A stretch of 20,000 nucleotides of DNA from Desulfobacterales bacterium (GTDB lineage Bacteria; Desulfobacterota; Desulfobacteria; Desulfobacterales; UBA2245), in contig JAXGZF010000004.1 in the NCBI GenBank assembly GCA_040771865.1, positions 461,905-481,904 of the forward strand, read 5' to 3'. The first letter of the stretch is position 1; the number at the start of each line of letters is the position of its first letter. A program made the position numbers and the translations under genes. The notes beneath the pieces are model-generated. The model saw nothing but the letters and a program-made list of their open reading frames with translations. It was not told where the DNA came from and ran no database searches. Below are positions 15,927 through 20,000 of the stretch, piece by piece.

Positions 15927-16419
15927 ATTCCAGATCGGCTCGATTCGCCTGGTCGAGGCTCATTTTTCACTCAACCGTCAGTTCAAATGGGAAAGCGGAA
16001 AGCCGGTCGAAATTCCGCAGAACGTCGAGATCAAATATCAGCAGATCAAGGAAAAAAGCATCCGCGTGCTCGTCTCGGTTTCCTCTGTTTCCGATCAGCA
16101 GCCTTTCCGGTTTTCCGTCGCCTGGGAAGGTTCGTTCGTGTTCGAAGAAAAACCCCGGAAAGAAGAACTGGAGCGCATCGCCCACATCCATTGCGCATCC
16201 ATCATGTTTGCCTATATTCGAGAGTCCGTGGCCGACCTGACCCGGCGCGCCAGCCTGCCCGCCCTGAATCTGCCCCCTTATAATTTTGCCGCCCTGTACG
16301 AGGAAAACAAAAAATCGGCGCTTTCGGCAACCCCGCGAAAAATCCGCAAAAAGCCGGAGGCCTTGCAGAAGCCGTCCGCCCCGAAGCAGCCGAAGGACGC
16401 GAAGATTCAAGAGAGCTGA
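15916..16419 (+). CDS. SecB-like chaperone of a TAC system (167 aa)
   Basis: ATG 15916 after GGAGG, overlaps mqsA by 11 nt. SecB-like C-terminal motif HCASIMFAYIRESVADLTRRASLPALNLPPYNFAALY. Confidence 0.88.
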   Translation: MASRFQIGSIRLVEAHFSLNRQFKWESGKPVEIPQNVEIKYQQIKEKSIRVLVSVSSVSDQQPFRFSVAWEGSFVFEEKPRKEELERIAHIHCASIMFAYIRESVADLTRRASLPALNLPPYNFAALYEENKKSALSATPRKIRKKPEALQKPSAPKQPKDAKIQES

Positions 16420-16845
16420 TTCACCCCGAAGCAAAGATCGAAACGAAGGTATTCTCTGCAATGCCTTCGTGAACTGTGCGCCCTTGAGGTTCATAAAACA
16501 GCCGGAAGCAGGTTTTTTCAAAAGCCTGCCAATTATTCGATCTACGGCCCCAGAGCGGCGGCCCTTTGCCGCATCGAATCATTCAGAACTCCGTTGCTAA
16601 TCCGCATTGCATAATCGATGTTCAGGAAAACAGCCTGCGCCGGCCGATTTTCATTGACAGCCGCGCTCTTAGGTTCTACATAAAACTCTTTGCTAACCAT
16701 TACTTAATCTGGTTTTCGCGCCGGGCTTTCCATGAACCACCCCTGTTCGACCCGCGCCTTCCGCATGCATTTTCGCATCGCGGCTTGAAGACGCCGCCCG
16801 ACGATTGGTATATTTCAGCAGGCATTGTTCTTTGATGGAGGCCGT

Positions 16846-17823
16846 ATGTCGAACCATCTGGTATGGGAGCGTTTCTGCTGGTTTGATTCCCAGGTAAGGG
16901 CCGCGAAATATCCCAACGCAAGCCGCCTGGCCGAACACTTCGAACTGTCTTCCAAGACCGCCCGGAGGGACATCAATTTTTTGCGAGACCGTATCGGCGC
17001 CCCCCTGGAATACTGTCCTGTCCGCAAGGGGTACTACTATACGCAGGATTCCTTCGAACTTCCCCGGCTTCAGGTGAGCCCGGAGGAGGTGCTCTCCATC
17101 CTGCTGGCAAAACGCCTGCTCTCCCGTTCCGCCGACGGCATGATCAGCAGGTCCATTCAGATGTTCGGCAGGAAGCTTTTAGCCCAGGCCGGCCATCCGG
17201 GGCTGACCGAAACCGCGATGGACGAATCCTTTTCCGCCGTCTGGAACGCCTATTCTCCAACCCAGTCCCAAATCTTTCAAAAAACCGCCGACGCCCTGCT
17301 TTGCGGCAAACCCCTTGAATTCACCTATCGTTCGCCGGCCGGGTGGCAGACCCGACGCATCGTCGAGCCGCACCACCTCCAGCACTACATGGCCAGCTGG
17401 GTCCTGATCGCCTGGTGCCGAATGCGAAACGACTGGCGGAAGTTCTACCTGGCCCGCATCAGCGATCTTGCGGTTCTGGACGAGCCGTTCGAGAAGAAGC
17501 CCGCTCCGGTCTGGAACCATCTTCTCGAAGGGGGCTTCGGCATCTTTCAGGGAAACGACCTGGTGGAAGTGACGCTGCGGTTTACTCCCTTTCGGGCCGG
17601 ATGGGTCCGCGAACAGAGCTGGCATCCGGACCAGAAAATGCAAACTCTTGCCGACGGAAGCCTGGAAATGACTTTGCCGGCGGCTGATTTCCGGGAAATC
17701 CGAATGCGCATACTTCAGTTCGGCGCGGACGTGGAGGTGATCGGCCCGGCGGAGTTGAGAGACGAGGTGGCCGAAGAGGCCCGGCGGTTGACGGCCTTGT
17801 ATGAAAAACAGCCGAATGAATAA
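16846..17823 (+). CDS. WYL-domain transcriptional regulator (wHTH-WYL-WCX)
   Basis: N-terminal HTH LAEHFELSSKTARRDINFLRD, WYL core RIVEPHHL...WVLIAWC..RNDWRKFYLARI, C-terminal ILQFGADVEVIGPAELR. ATG 16846 after GGAGG. Confidence 0.95.
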   Translation: MSNHLVWERFCWFDSQVRAAKYPNASRLAEHFELSSKTARRDINFLRDRIGAPLEYCPVRKGYYYTQDSFELPRLQVSPEEVLSILLAKRLLSRSADGMISRSIQMFGRKLLAQAGHPGLTETAMDESFSAVWNAYSPTQSQIFQKTADALLCGKPLEFTYRSPAGWQTRRIVEPHHLQHYMASWVLIAWCRMRNDWRKFYLARISDLAVLDEPFEKKPAPVWNHLLEGGFGIFQGNDLVEVTLRFTPFRAGWVREQSWHPDQKMQTLADGSLEMTLPAADFREIRMRILQFGADVEVIGPAELRDEVAEEARRLTALYEKQPNE

Positions 17824-17872
17824 ATTTGGGCCTTTTGGGAAAAATTCAGGCGATGTGAAAAAATATTTTGAA

Positions 17873-17909
17873 CCTGGGACGCTATATGTCCGGGGCAGGG
17901 GAGTATGAT
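17873..17909 (+). promoter_or_regulatory. Candidate WYL-box promoter
   Basis: Pseudo-palindrome CCTGGGAC-N7-GTCCGGGG (17873-17895) followed by a -10 TATGAT (17904-17909), with no canonical -35. Confidence 0.55.
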
Positions 17910-17960
17910 GCACATCGTACGATGGCCCCATATTCCATAAACATCACCCCGGAGGAAGCA

Positions 17961-18065
17961 ATGAACATTACTCGAAGGAAATTGCTCAAGGGTCTGCCAG
18001 CTCTGCTGGTTTCAGGCGTTGCGCTCAGATCGCGGACCGCTGAAAGCGCCATCCAAGGGCTTTAA
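17961..18065 (+). CDS. 34-aa peptide consisting almost entirely of a twin-arginine (Tat) signal; microprotein or truncated gene
   Basis: RBS GGAGG, then MNITRRKLLKGLPALLVSGVALRSRTAESAIQGL*. Confidence 0.5.
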   Translation: MNITRRKLLKGLPALLVSGVALRSRTAESAIQGL

Positions 18066-18094
18066 AGCAAACAAGAATCCTTGTCGACGATTTC

Positions 18095-18172
18095 GGAGGC
18101 CGCATGTCGAATCATCTGGCATTGTGGGATCGGTTCCACGTCTGGACGTTGCTCGGGAAATTGAGGGAATAG
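18095..18172 (+). pseudogene. Remnant 5' end of a second WYL regulator gene
   Basis: 18095-18136 aligns to 16837-16875 (RBS plus first codons of the WYL gene) at 34/39 nt plus one inserted codon. MSNHLALWDRF versus MSNHLVWERF, then a stop at 18170-18172. Confidence 0.7.
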
Positions 18173-18266
18173 AACGAAAATATGATGGACAGTTTCAGGT
18201 GGTGTTCGAAGCAATCCGGCAGGGCTGAAGGAAGAAGAAAAACCACAGCTGAGGATCGGTTTCTAA
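18145..18266 (+). pseudogene. Frameshifted C-terminal fragment of an ORF6N-domain-type protein
   Basis: DVAREIEGIERKYDGQFQVVFEAIRQ, frameshift, LKEEEKPQLRIGF*. Resembles the KYDxQFxxVFxAIRQL...KRxIGF tail of ORF6N proteins (recognised from memory). No N-terminal domain or start. Confidence 0.65.
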
Positions 18267-18436
18267 TCAAACAGGAGGCTTGCAAGGGCCGGATATGAGT
18301 GGATTCAGGTTTTCCTATAATCGGAATCGGCTTCAGTCATCGACAAACGGCGATAAGGTAAATGTGATTAAACACCCAGTTGGAATTTCGGTTTAAATTC
18401 GTGCTCAACCTTTTTAAAACGGTAAAAGGAGGGATC

Positions 18437-20000
18437 ATGGAACAATTATTGGCCCATAAAAATCAATCATTGATTTCCCATTTAGAAGGGGTGAGCCAAA
18501 AATCGGAAAGTTTTGCAGCGGCGTTTGATGCTTCAATACAGGGGAAGGTTGCCGGTATCCTACATGATATCGGTAAGGCCGAATCTGAATTTCAGAAACG
18601 TATCAATTCAAACGAAAAAGATGGTGAAAAACAACCCCATGCTCACCATGCCGCTGCCCATGCCCTCTATGGATGCAACCCAGCTCAGTGGCCGATTGCA
18701 ATCGCTGTCAATGGCCATCATGCAGGACTCCATAACCGTGGTAATGTCGACCAATCCGCAGGCAAGTACAATGAAAAGGTCAAAATGTGTTTGGAAAAAA
18801 TCAGAGAAACAGACCCTGACTTTACAATTCCAACATCGTCGGGGATGTTGCCGGACTGGCTCAAGGAGCTTGAATTCTTCCCGGGCAACAAAGGAAACGG
18901 TTGGTTGGCCACTGATCTTTTTACTCGTTTCCTATTCAGCGCCTTAATCGATGCGGACCGTCTTGATACAGAGGAACATGCGTCAGATGGGGATAAAAAA
19001 ATTGAGGCCAGGCGGTGGGAATCGTTTGCTCCCGAAATCTTACTGCCGCGTCTGGAAGACGAACTGAGGGAACGGGCTCATAAGGCAATATCTGAGGGAA
19101 AGGCTTCCAAAGAAGTCATGACCGTTCGGCAGGAAGTGGGTGCCTGTTGCCGGGAAGCCGCTGCCAAGGAACGGGGGCTGTTTTCTCTAACTGTCCCGAC
19201 CGGCGGCGGCAAGACATTGGCATCCATACTATTCGCCCTTTGCCACGCTGCCCACCATAAAAAATCCGCTCCGGAAAGCAATCATTTCCGGCGCATCATT
19301 GTGGTAATCCCCTATCTCAGCATTATTCAGCAAACCGCCAAGGAACTCCGGGATATTTTCGAGTCCGATGAGTTGAAAAAAGGGCGCATGGTCCTGGAAC
19401 ATCATTCCCAAGTGGAAGACGAGCCGGAGCCGGCAGGGAAGCAGAAAAACAAGAAGGAGGTCGAACCGTTCTATGACAGCCTTTCCGAACGTCGGCGCCT
19501 GGCGGCCGAAAACTGGGATGCTCCTATTATAATAACCACGAGTGTACAGTTCTTCGAATCACTCTTCTCGCGCCGTCCAGCCAAGGCCCGCAAACTCCAC
19601 AACATTGCTCAGTCCATTGTTATTTTTGACGAAATCCAGACACTGCCGCCGCTCATGCTCCAGCCGATTCTGCACGTCCTTTCTGAATTGGCGAATCCCC
19701 AAAGGCCTTATGGGTGTTCGATGGTCTTCTGCACAGCTACCCAGCCGGCTCTGCATAAAAGCGATGATTTGCCGACCGGGCTTGATCATGTCCGCTCCAT
19801 AGTTCCACCGGAAACAGCGCGAGAACACTTTGCATCTTTACGCAGGGTGACTTATCGATGGCCTGAAACGGATGAAAGAATTTCATGGGAAGAAATCGCC
19901 ACTTCAGTATCGGAGCGCGGTGTCAACCAAGCCCTGATTGTCGTCAATACCCGCAAGGCCGCGCGTGATCTTCACCGGGCATTCAGCGACCACCTTGGAG
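18437..20000 (+). CDS. cas3: CRISPR-associated HD nuclease/helicase Cas3, type I-C-like (3' end outside window)
   Basis: Own translation from ATG 18437 (RBS AGGAGG), open to the window end. Contains AH...SHL, LHDIGK, GHHAGL, FSALIDADRLDT, PTGGGKT, IPYLSIIQQ, VLEHHS, ENWDAP, KLHNIA, FDEIQTLP, TATQP, IVVNTR. Confidence 0.96.
   Translation, partial: MEQLLAHKNQSLISHLEGVSQKSESFAAAFDASIQGKVAGILHDIGKAESEFQKRINSNEKDGEKQPHAHHAAAHALYGCNPAQWPIAIAVNGHHAGLHNRGNVDQSAGKYNEKVKMCLEKIRETDPDFTIPTSSGMLPDWLKELEFFPGNKGNGWLATDLFTRFLFSALIDADRLDTEEHASDGDKKIEARRWESFAPEILLPRLEDELRERAHKAISEGKASKEVMTVRQEVGACCREAAAKERGLFSLTVPTGGGKTLASILFALCHAAHHKKSAPESNHFRRIIVVIPYLSIIQQTAKELRDIFESDELKKGRMVLEHHSQVEDEPEPAGKQKNKKEVEPFYDSLSERRRLAAENWDAPIIITTSVQFFESLFSRRPAKARKLHNIAQSIVIFDEIQTLPPLMLQPILHVLSELANPQRPYGCSMVFCTATQPALHKSDDLPTGLDHVRSIVPPETAREHFASLRRVTYRWPETDERISWEEIATSVSERGVNQALIVVNTRKAARDLHRAFSDHLG

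Noticed and set aside
16414..16480. GATCGAAAC (and ATTGAAAC at 15066) resembling the 3' end of type I-C CRISPR repeats; possible CreA-like mini-array
   Set aside because: Only 8-9 nt match, no repeat hairpin, no second repeat at spacer distance, and I found no PAM-flanked target in the window.
16286..17027. Short ORFs between TAC and WYL (16286-16600, 16566-16835 and minus-strand ones)
   Set aside because: No convincing RBS or motifs, and they overlap real genes or the probable promoter.
17820..18436. CRISPR array or leader, IS ends, tRNA/att site near cas3
   Set aside because: No regularly spaced repeats, transposase, integrase or tRNA fold seen here or elsewhere in the window.
18513..19828. 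Track ORFs within the cas3 region
   Set aside because: Off-frame or antisense to the continuous cas3 frame.

Overview
Bacterial chromosomal window, most likely from a sulfate-reducing Desulfobacterota (Desulfobacterales-like) genome (inferred from gene content). Left half is core/energy: 3' part of ftsZ, a radical SAM gene, then a cytochrome c3-rnfCDGEAB operon. This Rnf looks rewired: RnfC lacks the FMN/NADH motifs, RnfD lacks the covalent-FMN threonine, and RnfB is fused to a GltD/NfnB-like NAD(P)H flavoprotein. A convergent cold-shock gene follows. The middle holds an acyl-CoA ligase, an MFS transporter, two small membrane proteins and a DUF21 protein. The right end is a defence island: an MqsR-MqsA-SecB toxin-antitoxin-chaperone (TAC) operon, a WYL regulator, a candidate WYL-box promoter, a 600-bp mosaic of gene remnants (orphan Tat signal peptide, duplicated WYL 5' end, frameshifted ORF6N-like tail) and the 5' part of a type I-C-like cas3 missing from the ORF track. 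No CRISPR array is visible in the window.
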